Positions 19,535 to 29,206 of a DNA stretch of 64,000 nt are shown in pieces. A program made the translations under genes and the position numbers. Under the pieces are notes generated by a model. The model saw nothing but the letters and a program-made list of their open reading frames with translations. It was not told where the DNA came from and did not search any database. The stretch's first letter is position 1. Each line of letters begins with the position of its first letter. Source of the DNA: a virus; the IMG/VR virus record IMGVR_UViG_3300033141_003979, positions 45,771 to 109,770 of that record. One strand, written 5' to 3'.

Positions 19535-20151
19535 ACCTTAACCCTCCTTTTCGTTTCGTCCCTTGACTGCAAATGAAAATGTGGTCCGAAGTCTTTCAAA
19601 AACCCTCCACCAGCCCCACACTTAATACAAGTTGTCGAGCCGGTAATTCCAATGCCGGGGTCAATCTCAAATTTCCTCTCGCATTTCTCGCATCTAACCG
19701 TTCGATGGTACGTGCATACCTGATATGACTGATCCGTTTTTGGATTGATCTTCCCATAATCCCACTCTCGGTTAAAATCATTCTCGACAATCCGAGGATT
19801 AGAAAATTCAGTACTCCTCAAATCAGCGCCCCTCATCTTTGGAAGGGCCCCATGAATCCCTTTATCTCCTTTCCTATGCCCAGAAGTAAAGACAATCTGC
19901 TCTGGCCAACGCTTTAATCCCCAAAAAATAACCTCTTTTAACATCGGATGCCAAGAAATCACAATCAATTCTGCTAATACAACTTCATTCTTGGCACAAA
20001 TCAAAGAAGTACGATCAGGAAAACGATTCGCGACATCATCAATCCTGACAATAGCCTTCTCCATCTGACGTCTTGCTAATGATAAATCAGTTAAGGCATG
20101 TCTCAGCTCATGTTGCCCTTCATTTCGTGTCATTTTAGTTTCCGATGTCAT
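19531..20151 (-). CDS. Peptidase M15-like endolysin with inserted zinc ribbon
   Basis: FTSGHR...IH...RGADLR...HFHLQ; CEKC...CIKC insertion. Confidence 0.6.
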   Translation of the reverse strand: MTSETKMTRNEGQHELRHALTDLSLARRQMEKAIVRIDDVANRFPDRTSLICAKNEVVLAELIVISWHPMLKEVIFWGLKRWPEQIVFTSGHRKGDKGIHGALPKMRGADLRSTEFSNPRIVENDFNREWDYGKINPKTDQSYQVCTYHRTVRCEKCERKFEIDPGIGITGSTTCIKCGAGGGFLKDFGPHFHLQSRDETKRRVKV

Positions 20152-20160
20152 TTCGTGTCA

Positions 20161-20442
20161 TTATCCCAGCAAGACTTTCAATTCAGCGATCCATCTACGG
20201 TACTGGTCATACTGAAACTGAGGCATCAGCCCCTGACAACTTAAAGCATTGGGTCGTATGTCCGAACACCCATACTGATCTTCGATTTGCCATATCCACT
20301 TCTGGAGAACGTCTACTCTATATTCCTGTCTGAATCCAACAAACTCAGATCGAGGGGTAAACCACTGATATGCAGCAATTGGGGCTCCACCGAATACAAC
20401 TAAACTAGCAATTATTGCCATCACTATTTGAAATCTCTTCAT
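20161..20442 (-). CDS. Single-TM hypothetical protein
   Basis: N-terminal hydrophobic helix. Confidence 0.6.
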   Translation of the reverse strand: MKRFQIVMAIIASLVVFGGAPIAAYQWFTPRSEFVGFRQEYRVDVLQKWIWQIEDQYGCSDIRPNALSCQGLMPQFQYDQYRRWIAELKVLLG

Positions 20443-20455
20443 CCCACTATCCTCA

Positions 20456-20764
20456 TTAATTCTCTAGCACATCAGCCAGTTTAATCCCCAAAGCCTTCTC
20501 ATATTGAAGAATTTTTTCCTGCAATCCTTTCCCATTAGCAATATCTGACATAACCAAATTTCCAAGAGTCAATCTCTTAGAAATCTTTTCTAAAACCACA
20601 AAAATCCTTTCTTCAGATTCTTTCCGGGCTCTCATACAGGCCTCCGCAGCATCGTTAGTTCTGTATTTTCCTTCCATTTGATAAGTATCCCACAATTTAA
20701 CTACAAAAGCAGTAATACTCCCTGTAACAACTGTTGCAAGCATTACACATTGATAAGTCTCCAT
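20456..20764 (-). CDS. Single-TM coiled-coil hypothetical protein (lysis-cassette type)
   Basis: N-terminal TM, SD GGAGG. Confidence 0.6.
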   Translation of the reverse strand: METYQCVMLATVVTGSITAFVVKLWDTYQMEGKYRTNDAAEACMRARKESEERIFVVLEKISKRLTLGNLVMSDIANGKGLQEKILQYEKALGIKLADVLEN

Positions 20765-20822
20765 CTTCTAGCACCCTCCATTTCGCTCCATGTTTTCAAC
20801 TTTTAATAAGAAGATGTTTCAA

Positions 20823-22052
20823 TTATATCACCTGTAATTCCAACCAGACAACCGTACTGTTTCCACCGGATTCGCACTTGGCTTCGGCGACTATTTGTGT
20901 CCCTTTATTAAAAATGTGATCAGTGGCAGTTGGGGCAACCGATGCTGATCTTTTTTGTGCATTTACTTCTCCTTCAATAGAGATATCATCAAACCATGTT
21001 AGGCCACCATCAGCACTTAAATGTATTCTGAATTTTTCGGCGGCATTGGCTTCAACAATCGTGGCAACAATCTTAAATGGCTTGGTAGCTGTTAGTGCAG
21101 CCCTTATCTCAACGGGGGCGGCGGTCCATGCATCTCCAGCTCCACCAGTTGCAACAGTAACCCCTGTAAAATTATCAGGTTCCAAGGTTACATCAAGTTC
21201 ACCACCTATATTATTCCATGTGGAATCACCGATATCATCAAGAACATTATTGGTATTATGATGAAAAAGAATATGATCAAAAAGATGTTCATTTCCAGCA
21301 TCAATATCTATGCCTGTAGCACAATCACCGATATCAATAACTTCAAAATGATTATAATCAGAAAGGGCATCATCAATATGAATTCCAGTCAAGCACTTGT
21401 GAAGATGCATATGCCTAAACTCATTAACCCTAGATTTATCTATATGAAGCCCCTTGGTATGGGTAACATGACCAATTACCTGAATGTCATCTATAATTCC
21501 GCCCTGAGTCATGCCACCAGAACCATCAATGTGAATTGCGGTCACGGCCCCATTTACCCCTTCAGAGTTAAACCCACATTTTCTGATCCTAAAACCATGA
21601 TTTGTGAAGACAATACCATCACAATTATTAGTGCTGTCCTGAAATATCGCCAAGTTTGTAAGTGATATTTTACCCGTGAACTTCATTACGGATGTTGCGC
21701 CGCCATCTGAATTTTTAATTGGAGACCATAATCTATGCGGCCCAACAATTTCATAATTGCCTGCCCATGTCGGATCGCCAACCGCATCAATATCATAAAA
21801 TCCGGCGATAGGAGCAAGGAGAATCAAGGTCAAATCATTGGCATCTGTACTAGCCGCATCTAGGGCATCTTGAATTGTTGTAAAAGCCTTATCCCATGTC
21901 GACCCATCTGTACCATTTCCATCTGGTGAAACATGAAGTTTAGAGGTTATTGATCGACCAGTAACAGCCCCACCTGCTACAGATACCAACTCTTTAGTAT
22001 TGATCCATGTATCTGTTATCGGTTGGGCTTGTGCATCAACTATTAATGGCAT
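20823..22052 (-). CDS. Pectin-lyase-like right-handed beta-helix protein
   Basis: HVSPDGNGTDGSTWDKAFTTIQDALDAA entry motif; repeated GIHID/GIDID rungs. Confidence 0.75.
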   Translation of the reverse strand: MPLIVDAQAQPITDTWINTKELVSVAGGAVTGRSITSKLHVSPDGNGTDGSTWDKAFTTIQDALDAASTDANDLTLILLAPIAGFYDIDAVGDPTWAGNYEIVGPHRLWSPIKNSDGGATSVMKFTGKISLTNLAIFQDSTNNCDGIVFTNHGFRIRKCGFNSEGVNGAVTAIHIDGSGGMTQGGIIDDIQVIGHVTHTKGLHIDKSRVNEFRHMHLHKCLTGIHIDDALSDYNHFEVIDIGDCATGIDIDAGNEHLFDHILFHHNTNNVLDDIGDSTWNNIGGELDVTLEPDNFTGVTVATGGAGDAWTAAPVEIRAALTATKPFKIVATIVEANAAEKFRIHLSADGGLTWFDDISIEGEVNAQKRSASVAPTATDHIFNKGTQIVAEAKCESGGNSTVVWLELQVI

Positions 22053-22060
22053 AATTTATC

Positions 22061-22447
22061 TCAAATCCTCACAGCCACATACTTAGCCATAATTTCACCC
22101 ATCTTACCAGGAGCACGTCTTCCAAGAAAATTGTCAAACACTGCATGCCCTAACTCATGCGCTAACACTTTATTTTTCCCATCTCGAATGCATAGATGTA
22201 CCGTTTTATTATAGTGAGAGTAATAGCCTTTCGGGCGAAGCATGTGAACCCTACGATGTAGTCTTATTTTGAGGCCCTTCATAGATGGGCAATCCAGAAG
22301 AGTCTGCACCCGCACAAACAATTTATCAACTCTATCTTCAACTGGAAGCTTTCTGAAAAGTCGATTTCCATAGGTAATCCTCCTAGACCAAATAAGGAGT
22401 TCTTCCTCCTCGTAATGAATTTCAGTATATTTAGTCCTTAGTATCAT
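22061..22447 (-). CDS. Small zincin-like metallopeptidase
   Basis: KGYY...TVHL...VLAHELGHA...GE..A. Confidence 0.6.
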   Translation of the reverse strand: MILRTKYTEIHYEEEELLIWSRRITYGNRLFRKLPVEDRVDKLFVRVQTLLDCPSMKGLKIRLHRRVHMLRPKGYYSHYNKTVHLCIRDGKNKVLAHELGHAVFDNFLGRRAPGKMGEIMAKYVAVRI

Positions 22448-22453
22448 TATTCC

Positions 22454-22642
22454 TTACCATTCTTCATCTTCTTCAATTGACTTACTAGGACTAGCAGAAG
22501 GACTAACCCCCTCATTCTTAGCCAATAAAGGCTTATCTAGTTGCTTAGGTGACTGACTCAATGCCCCTTTTACCAATGTTGGCCCCAAGGCGACTGTCCC
22601 AACTAACAATGGAAACTTCTTTAAAAAATCTCTTCTTTTCAT
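22454..22642 (-). CDS. Small protein with twin-arginine (Tat)-like signal
   Basis: MKRRDFLKK followed by a hydrophobic stretch. Confidence 0.6.
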   Translation of the reverse strand: MKRRDFLKKFPLLVGTVALGPTLVKGALSQSPKQLDKPLLAKNEGVSPSASPSKSIEEDEEW

Positions 22643-22649
22643 TTCTTTC

Positions 22650-23399
22650 CTATACTCCAAACCAAGAACGTTCTCTTGCAAACATATTTTGCCATTCCAG
22701 CGGGGGCAAGGAACGATCCCAAATTCTCGGCCTATACATCAACCCCTTATACCAGTTGGCATCTTTAGTAAATCGGCATCCTATCACTAAATCACGATTA
22801 CATGTATCAGGATCAAGCATCCCAGAGGTCTCATAAGCTACTGTCAACTCAGCTCCATTCCGATAATGCTTAGGATAAATACTACCCCCCTTTCGAGAAA
22901 TGCCAAGGAGGCACCACTGACCAGGTGCCCAGCCAATGGAAAAACAATTGCTATTCAAATTCGGAGTTAGGCTTGCATGATGGTGTCTTTGAGAAAGGGT
23001 ATTCCTCCCTCCGCTAATATCAAAATAAATCTCCCATCCATCAAGATCAACTCCATATCGCCCTATCACTATCGAAGAATAGCCATTCCAAGTCCACTTT
23101 ACCCAACAACCAAGGCTGAAAGCCCCTGTAGTAAAATCGAGATCGGCGGTATCGGCAGCAGCGGCATCAAGATAAACCCCGGCAACTGCCCCACCACCTG
23201 TTGTGACAAATTCCAATGCCATGAGTCCTGTGCCTAAAGTAGTCCAAATAAATGAACCGGTGCCAGGGTCGTGCATTCCTATCGGACGATGATGAGGCTT
23301 CGCATGATCAAAGGTTTCCATCCCTGAACCTTCACGATAAGGCAGATCCAGTAAGATCGAATCATTCTCAGGAACTTTATCGTAGCTTCGTGCAATCAT
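22650..23399 (-). CDS. LamG/concanavalin-A-like jelly-roll protein
   Basis: LDFTTGAFSLGCWVK...W..L...YRNG...LVIG...YKG.M.RPRIWDRSL. Confidence 0.8.
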   Translation of the reverse strand: MIARSYDKVPENDSILLDLPYREGSGMETFDHAKPHHRPIGMHDPGTGSFIWTTLGTGLMALEFVTTGGGAVAGVYLDAAAADTADLDFTTGAFSLGCWVKWTWNGYSSIVIGRYGVDLDGWEIYFDISGGRNTLSQRHHHASLTPNLNSNCFSIGWAPGQWCLLGISRKGGSIYPKHYRNGAELTVAYETSGMLDPDTCNRDLVIGCRFTKDANWYKGLMYRPRIWDRSLPPLEWQNMFARERSWFGV

Positions 23400-23809
23400 A
23401 TCTTATATGTCATTTCCCACTCGTAGGCTCTGTTCGCCCCACCAGTCTTCTCAATCGTAATCTGAACCCCATACCGATTATCTTTAAGATCAATATTTAA
23501 TAACAAAGGATCTATCGCGCCCGCATGTGTGTCCTCAATCTCCATAACCATTGCCCCACCGGACTCAACACGATAATAAATCCGAACTACTATAGTTTCA
23601 CCCGCCGTATGATTGGTACAATCCAACTTCAACATTCTTGGAGAGTAAAGGGCAGAGGGGGCATTGTTGAGATAGATATCCTGCTCAGTGCCATCAGTGG
23701 TAACTGTCCCCCCAGTCTCCGTCAAAGTCAAAATCGATGATGCCAAACTAGTAAGGGAAGCAGCAAGATTTGCATAAGTTTGTTCTACGGTATCAATTTG
23801 TAATGTCAT
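23396..23809 (-). CDS. Hypothetical beta-rich structural-type protein
   Basis: 137-aa ORF coupled to neighbours. Confidence 0.65.
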   Translation of the reverse strand: MTLQIDTVEQTYANLAASLTSLASSILTLTETGGTVTTDGTEQDIYLNNAPSALYSPRMLKLDCTNHTAGETIVVRIYYRVESGGAMVMEIEDTHAGAIDPLLLNIDLKDNRYGVQITIEKTGGANRAYEWEMTYKI

Positions 23810-24123
23810 CCTCTACCCTCCCCAAAAAATATTTCCTGCCTCTTTTCCATAACCTTTTTTATAAATCCAGATCTTATTTTGAAATGCTCAGAACAACCAT
23901 CTACAAATTTCAGCCAGTTATATCCGATTAAAAAGCAAAACCCCTCTAATTCGTATTCATCCTCTACGAAATCAAGTGGACTCAAAGATACATCCCATGT
24001 CCCTTTATCGCATACGATTGACAAAATTCGCATTGCTGCATATTCCATCTCTGTTTTTCCAAATACAGAAGCTAAATTATCTGGAACATAAGTCGGAACA
24101 GGATGTATAGATTTTACATTCAC
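23806..24123 (-). CDS. Hypothetical protein
   Basis: 105-aa ORF coupled to neighbours. Confidence 0.6.
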   Translation of the reverse strand: MNVKSIHPVPTYVPDNLASVFGKTEMEYAAMRILSIVCDKGTWDVSLSPLDFVEDEYELEGFCFLIGYNWLKFVDGCSEHFKIRSGFIKKVMEKRQEIFFGEGRG

Positions 24124-24125
24124 TC

Positions 24126-24542
24126 CTATCCTCCAGTCGGCACTGTAATGGCCCAGCCACTGATCTCTAAACCATAGATATTAGCTGCACTATATTCCAT
24201 TGATAGATGAATTTCATCTCCTGGATGCAATTTTATAGTCGGGTCAGGTTGATACATCACATCCTTAACCGCCAGCATAGCCTGAGAGATAAGATTCTGG
24301 TTATAGTGGATTCCCAGATGATTGCTGACATATACCATAAAATCAACAATACTAGTATGCACAACAGAAAGCCGCAGTCGGATCTTCTCTAACTCAAAGC
24401 CCCCATTCCAGGCAAAATTCTCTGACAATGTGCTTTCCGTTGCGGCTCCTCCCGCAATGCTACCATCTGTAGCAAAATAAGTAATATACTTTTGCCTTGT
24501 GTATGGTAAGTATTTAGTCGTTGACGCTGCTGCATGTGCCAT
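24126..24542 (-). CDS. Hypothetical beta-rich structural-type protein
   Basis: SD AAGGAG; 138-aa ORF. Confidence 0.65.
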   Translation of the reverse strand: MAHAAASTTKYLPYTRQKYITYFATDGSIAGGAATESTLSENFAWNGGFELEKIRLRLSVVHTSIVDFMVYVSNHLGIHYNQNLISQAMLAVKDVMYQPDPTIKLHPGDEIHLSMEYSAANIYGLEISGWAITVPTGG

Positions 24543-24569
24543 TGTTTTTCTCCTTATTTAAATCAAAAA

Positions 24570-25112
24570 TCACAACCAACATGCTATCCTTTGCCCTTCC
24601 TTTATCCCTTCCTTCACCAACTGATTAATCCTACTGGCTGTAAGACTCAAAACTTCAGATATCTCCCTCTGCGACATATCACTCATGTAGTGTAATCTCA
24701 AGACAACTGCAAGTCTCTGTGGTAAGCGGGAAAGGATTTTATATGCCAAATCCTTTGTAGCCGTCCTATCTTCTGTCCCATTTGCACTCAGGGAATTTAA
24801 AGTCTTGAAGGAAAGATCCTCAATACTAACAAACCGTAGCTGTCTTTTCTTTGAGAATTCTGTGCGCCCTATATTTTTCCTGATACAATCTTTGACAAAT
24901 CCCCGCAAACGGTGCCTCAAATAGGTCTGAAAACTAGCCCTTTTATCTGGATTGTATGTCCTAGTGAATCGAACAAGACCCAATCTGGCTTCCCCAAGAA
25001 AATCATCAACCTCCCACTCCGGCACATTATGGGCTCTGCAAAGATTGACCATAATGCCATCAGTAAGTTTAACAAGCTCTGGGGTTATTTCAATGGGCAT
25101 ATCTTTATCCAA
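24570..25112 (-). CDS. RNA polymerase sigma factor, FliA/WhiG-like (regions 2 and 4)
   Basis: DDFLGEARLGLV...YNPDKRASFQTYLRHRLRG..D..R; LPQR..VL.LHY..DMSQREISEVLSLTASRINQL. Confidence 0.85.
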   Translation of the reverse strand: MDKDMPIEITPELVKLTDGIMVNLCRAHNVPEWEVDDFLGEARLGLVRFTRTYNPDKRASFQTYLRHRLRGFVKDCIRKNIGRTEFSKKRQLRFVSIEDLSFKTLNSLSANGTEDRTATKDLAYKILSRLPQRLAVVLRLHYMSDMSQREISEVLSLTASRINQLVKEGIKEGQRIACWL

Positions 25113-25181
25113 CCCACTTCTTCCCTATAAATATCACTAAAACAATAACTCCCAGTCCAATAATAATCGTTATTACTTCCA

Positions 25182-26600
25182 TCAATATCTCCCCAACCCA
25201 TGCTCAATTCCGGTAGGTCTTTTCCCACTTCCGAGCTTCTCCCATCCTACAATCACACCGCCTTCATCAATCGGAATCCATTCTTCACCAGGCTTTGTAT
25301 CAGGCTTTTCACTCACTTCAATATTCTTCCTGGGCTTTGTCCCCACAACACTTATGCGAGGCTTGACCCTCAGATCTGCCATATCGCTTTCCATGGCATA
25401 TCGGATATCATCAATATGATGGTTGAACTTATCTATTGGAATATTTATTGTTTCCCCGGATTTTGTTTTCTTCCATTGATAGACCTGAAATTCATTTATG
25501 GTTTCCTGACAATCCGGATCAATCAGAATTTGATGCTGCTTGAGCCATTGGATACCGAAATTAACTGAGTCCTTTCCTTTTACCGCTCCTACAGCACTAA
25601 TACCACAATCCTTCAATTCCTGAATAGACTTGGGCTCTGCACTATCACAAACCACCCGCTCCCTATCCACAATTGGCATGAGCAAATCTGCCAACTGGGG
25701 GTTAGTCAAGCCATATTCATGCAGTTCTCGGAAAATGTATATTAATTTCCGCTTCGGATCATAATGAACCCTGTTATAGGCAGAAGGATCATCAGCAAAG
25801 CCAAAATCAAGGCCATTCCTGATATTGTCAAAGAATGGGATTCTCTCTGACAGATCCAACACCCGCCAGTTAGTAAATATAACATCCCCTAAGACACCCC
25901 AATTCCCTAGGGTATAAACATTGTAGAAATATTCATCCGACTCATTCTCAAGTGCCCGGATATCATCAGCCTCTAAAAATCTCAAGTTATCCTTATATAT
26001 AGTCTTTAAAATTGACAGATCTTCATCCTTATAATGCCTGTCGCCATCATGAAATCGATTCTTAAAATAGGTTTCATGAATCCAGTGGCTGCGAAGTATA
26101 GGGTTAAAAACTAATGTCAACCGCTTCTGCCTCTTGATCTTAGACTTACCCCTAAGTCTTTTCTCCAACTGTTTGATGTCTGTTTCAGAGGTTTCTGTGG
26201 CTTCTTCAACCACTATATCTGTAATGATCCCTAGTTCCGGAGTAACACTCTTGAGTTTTTCAACATCATCTAGGCCAGCAAACAATATCTGATACCTATT
26301 GACACAAGTAATAACCATGTCAGACTTATTGACCTTGAAATACTCACCGACTTTCCAGTTAGATATTGTTTTGCGGATTTCATTAAAGGTTGACTGGCGG
26401 GAAGTACGAGCAACATTACGAACTATCAAATAATTCCTGCCACCCTTGAGAATATCCCATACCGGTCTCTGACCAATAGCGAAAAAACTCTTTCCAGAAG
26501 AAGCCCCGCCAAAAAATATCTGCGTGCGGGTATCGTCATCCAAGAATGGTAGATATACTTTATTAAAAATTTTGCGGCTTATAGTTAGGTTGATTTCCAT
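25182..26600 (-). CDS. terL: Terminase large subunit, PBSX family
   Basis: GGASSGKS Walker A, GLDDVEKLKS, IVVEEATE, FNP, GLDFGFADDP, CDSAEPKSI, NHHIDDIRYA. Confidence 0.95.
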   Translation of the reverse strand: MEINLTISRKIFNKVYLPFLDDDTRTQIFFGGASSGKSFFAIGQRPVWDILKGGRNYLIVRNVARTSRQSTFNEIRKTISNWKVGEYFKVNKSDMVITCVNRYQILFAGLDDVEKLKSVTPELGIITDIVVEEATETSETDIKQLEKRLRGKSKIKRQKRLTLVFNPILRSHWIHETYFKNRFHDGDRHYKDEDLSILKTIYKDNLRFLEADDIRALENESDEYFYNVYTLGNWGVLGDVIFTNWRVLDLSERIPFFDNIRNGLDFGFADDPSAYNRVHYDPKRKLIYIFRELHEYGLTNPQLADLLMPIVDRERVVCDSAEPKSIQELKDCGISAVGAVKGKDSVNFGIQWLKQHQILIDPDCQETINEFQVYQWKKTKSGETINIPIDKFNHHIDDIRYAMESDMADLRVKPRISVVGTKPRKNIEVSEKPDTKPGEEWIPIDEGGVIVGWEKLGSGKRPTGIEHGLGRY

Positions 26601-26601
26601 A

Positions 26602-27240
26602 TCAATCCGTCAAGCCTACATTTATCTGGACAGGAATCAAAGGGCGCCTCTGTTCATTGTCTTCTTTGAACATACCGAGGTATTTGCCGATAGAGTCAAG
26701 GACCCCTTTCTTTTCTGGTAGTTTAAATTCCTTGATCCTATCTACAATACGAACTTCATCTGCTAAAGTTATTATCTTTCTACTATGCTTAAATCCACCA
26801 ATAGCATATAATTTTTCTTTAGGAATTTCACTTAAAGGCTTCATTGCTCCATCATCATTATAAAAATCATCTATACTATAATCAGACAACATCTTGTATC
26901 TCTGCAGTACCCATTCCGTGTCTATCTCAGCATCAGCACTTAGTTTATCAAGTTTTTTACTTATATACTCAGCTACTTTAGGTAATCTAAGGAGTTCAAA
27001 AGCACACACACCTGCAGTCTCATCCTTCTTCACATTAGGATAAGACACCTTATAGGCACGAGTTCCGTTTCGATCAACAAGCCACTGATCTGCAAATATC
27101 TTCTGATTTGCAGTCAACCTACCATTACCATTACTCTTCTTCTTTTTTACTATTGGATTTGATTCTTTAGGAACAGGAGATCTTTGTCGTCTATGGAAGC
27201 AGGAAGGAATTGGAAAGGCCTTTCTTTTGAATCTAGCCAT
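26602..27240 (-). CDS. terS: Terminase small subunit
   Basis: LTANQKIFADQWLVDRNGTRAY...LL..PKV..YI; LDSIGKYLGMF; adjacent to terL. Confidence 0.9.
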   Translation of the reverse strand: MARFKRKAFPIPSCFHRRQRSPVPKESNPIVKKKKSNGNGRLTANQKIFADQWLVDRNGTRAYKVSYPNVKKDETAGVCAFELLRLPKVAEYISKKLDKLSADAEIDTEWVLQRYKMLSDYSIDDFYNDDGAMKPLSEIPKEKLYAIGGFKHSRKIITLADEVRIVDRIKEFKLPEKKGVLDSIGKYLGMFKEDNEQRRPLIPVQINVGLTD

Positions 27241-27515
27241 TGTTTAGGCCTCTTTCTTATTGGTTAAAAGGATTAAAAATAATGGCATTTTTCTCCCTTT
27301 TTTCTTTGAAACTTATAACATACTAAATTTATTGACATAACATAAGGGTCATTTCTACAAGTATGACCATCATTATACCTATATTCTAGGGTTATTTGGT
27401 AGTTTTTGACAAGGAAAAAATTATTTATTTTACAACTATTTTTATCTGTCTGATTTTATCTAATGATAACAACATATTGTAGAGATCATTTTTTTTCCTT
27501 TTTTTCCTTTTTTCC

Positions 27516-27543
27516 TTGATTTCTTTATTTTAATAATTATAAT
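27516..27543 (+). promoter_or_regulatory. Sigma70-like early promoter
   Basis: TTGATT-N16-TATAAT ahead of the first plus-strand gene, preceded by T-tract repeats. Confidence 0.6.
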
Positions 27544-27574
27544 ATAGATGAACAATTAATAAAGGAGGCACACA

Positions 27575-27790
27575 ATGGGAAAAGGATTTTACAGCAACAA
27601 AGACTTAAAAGATTGGAGAGAAACAGAAAGAACCATGAGGAAAGACCCGAATTCATTATCTGATATGGCCTGGAAGCGCAGAGAATTAATGTTTGCAACA
27701 GATCCAGAAGCGTATGAAGATAAGGATATTCCTGAAGATAACGGGCATGGGATAGTAGAAGTGGAAGAAGAAGTGGATTGTCCATTTTAA
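27575..27790 (+). CDS. Small early protein with acidic C-terminus ending in DCPF
   Basis: SD AAGGAGG; 71 aa. Confidence 0.75.
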   Translation: MGKGFYSNKDLKDWRETERTMRKDPNSLSDMAWKRRELMFATDPEAYEDKDIPEDNGHGIVEVEEEVDCPF

Positions 27791-27812
27791 GATTATCTTA
27801 ACCCACTAAAAC

Positions 27813-27934
27813 AAAAGCCAAGTGGATGGACCAAACAATAAATAAATCAAACAAAATAACGGGGCAGAGTTTCAGGCTTTTGGTTTCCTCAACCAAAACA
27901 TCCACACTGGACTTTGCCCCCCTTCATCTTTCTT
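27813..27934 (+). ncRNA. Candidate CI/c4-like structured RNA with upstream complementary sites
   Basis: Outer stem GGGGCAGAGTTTCAG/CTGGACTTTGCCCC, inner TTTTGGTT/AACCAAAA; bulge CATCCAC is complementary to GTGGATG (27822). Confidence 0.45.
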
Positions 27935-27961
27935 TACCCTATTAACAGAAAGGAGAACAAC

Positions 27962-28168
27962 ATGACAAAGAATGAAGCAGCACTTTGGATGACCGTAGAT
28001 GCCATTGATGATGCAATCAAAGAATCCGGAACCCAAGGAATTCCTGCCGGACATCTCTATGCAGCAATAATGGGGCAAATGAATCTGGAAACCTTTAATG
28101 CAATCATCAGCCTCCTGAAAAAAGGAAAGAAAATAAAAGAAACTAACCACCTTTTAACGGCTATCTAA
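27962..28168 (+). CDS. Small early hypothetical protein
   Basis: SD AAGGAG before ATG 27962. Confidence 0.7.
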   Translation: MTKNEAALWMTVDAIDDAIKESGTQGIPAGHLYAAIMGQMNLETFNAIISLLKKGKKIKETNHLLTAI

Positions 28169-28241
28169 GCCATCAAACCAAAAGGAGAAACACGAACTAT
28201 GTTGTTACCAATTCATTCTATGATAAAGGAGGTGAAAGTAG

Positions 28242-28415
28242 GTGAAAAAAATCAGAATCATAATCACAAAAGCCTCAATGATTGTAAATGTTATTGAACC
28301 CGTTGGAATAGTACTTACGCCCAACGGGAATGTTTCTAGAAGTGGAAAGACTGTCTTAAAGTATATCCAAGAGGCGATTGACAATGGCCTTGATGTGGAA
28401 ATAATTGGTAGGTAA
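28242..28415 (+). CDS. Small hypothetical protein (57 aa, below ORF-track cutoff)
   Basis: SD GGAGGTG, GTG start, VKKIRIIITKAS...EIIGR. Confidence 0.55.
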   Translation: MKKIRIIITKASMIVNVIEPVGIVLTPNGNVSRSGKTVLKYIQEAIDNGLDVEIIGR

Positions 28416-28443
28416 ATAAAAAATACCCGAGGAGGCAAACAAA

Positions 28444-28992
28444 ATGAAGAAAGTACAAACTGAGTATGGAGAAGCTGATTTAATTTTTAATAAGTATGCC
28501 AATGGACGGTTGGCAATATCTCTTGTATCATCAGATATTGGGGAACCTATTGCTGGTCTTACCGTCAATCTTCCTGAAGAGGCGCTTGAAGATGGAGAAT
28601 TTTTTGTCAAGACCTGGAGTGAAAATGCGGAGATTGCAAAAGACTGTCTTGCAAGTGGCCATTTCGTAGATACCAGAAAGCGAGTAACTACAGGATTTGT
28701 TCAAGCACAGGTTTGGAAATTCAATGAAAGGGGAGTAAATAAGATGCCAAAAGAAAATTTCGATTGGACAAAGTGCCCCAAAAAAAAGCCCGTACAAATG
28801 CTCAACCCGCTTACATGGGAAAAGAAAACCCTCTTTGGTAGTACTAAGGAATCAACTTTTGAATACCACGGATGCATCCTTCATTGCAGCGGCCCTCCAA
28901 TGGGGGCCTGCACCTATCCAATGATCATGACCCATCACCAAGGAGATCCGTGCCTGAGACTGACTCCTAAATTCTTTGAAGGGGGTGAATAA
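28444..28992 (+). CDS. Hypothetical protein, DUF4313-like N-terminus, possible internal second start at 28744
   Basis: YANGRLAI.L..GEP...LTVNL...KTWSEN...GFV; internal GGGAG + ATG. Confidence 0.6.
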   Translation: MKKVQTEYGEADLIFNKYANGRLAISLVSSDIGEPIAGLTVNLPEEALEDGEFFVKTWSENAEIAKDCLASGHFVDTRKRVTTGFVQAQVWKFNERGVNKMPKENFDWTKCPKKKPVQMLNPLTWEKKTLFGSTKESTFEYHGCILHCSGPPMGACTYPMIMTHHQGDPCLRLTPKFFEGGE

Positions 28993-29206
28993 ATTGAACT
29001 GTCCATATTGTAATGCTAAAGAAGATAATTGTGTTCCAGATGTTGTTTATCGCCACGCTGAAAATTATGGTGGAGGAATGAGTAATTTTAGATGTTTAAC
29101 TTGCAAGAAAGTTATAAGAGCCTCAGTGAATGTTTGCATTTCTATTAAATTCCCTGAAAAAACCAATGAAAAAAGCGATTGGTAAAAAGATTCAAAGGAG
29201 AACACT

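Noticed and set aside
27400-27520. TTTTTTCC repeats and a CAAGGAAAAAA inverted pair as origin or pac site
   Set aside because: Low complexity; equally explained as promoter UP elements
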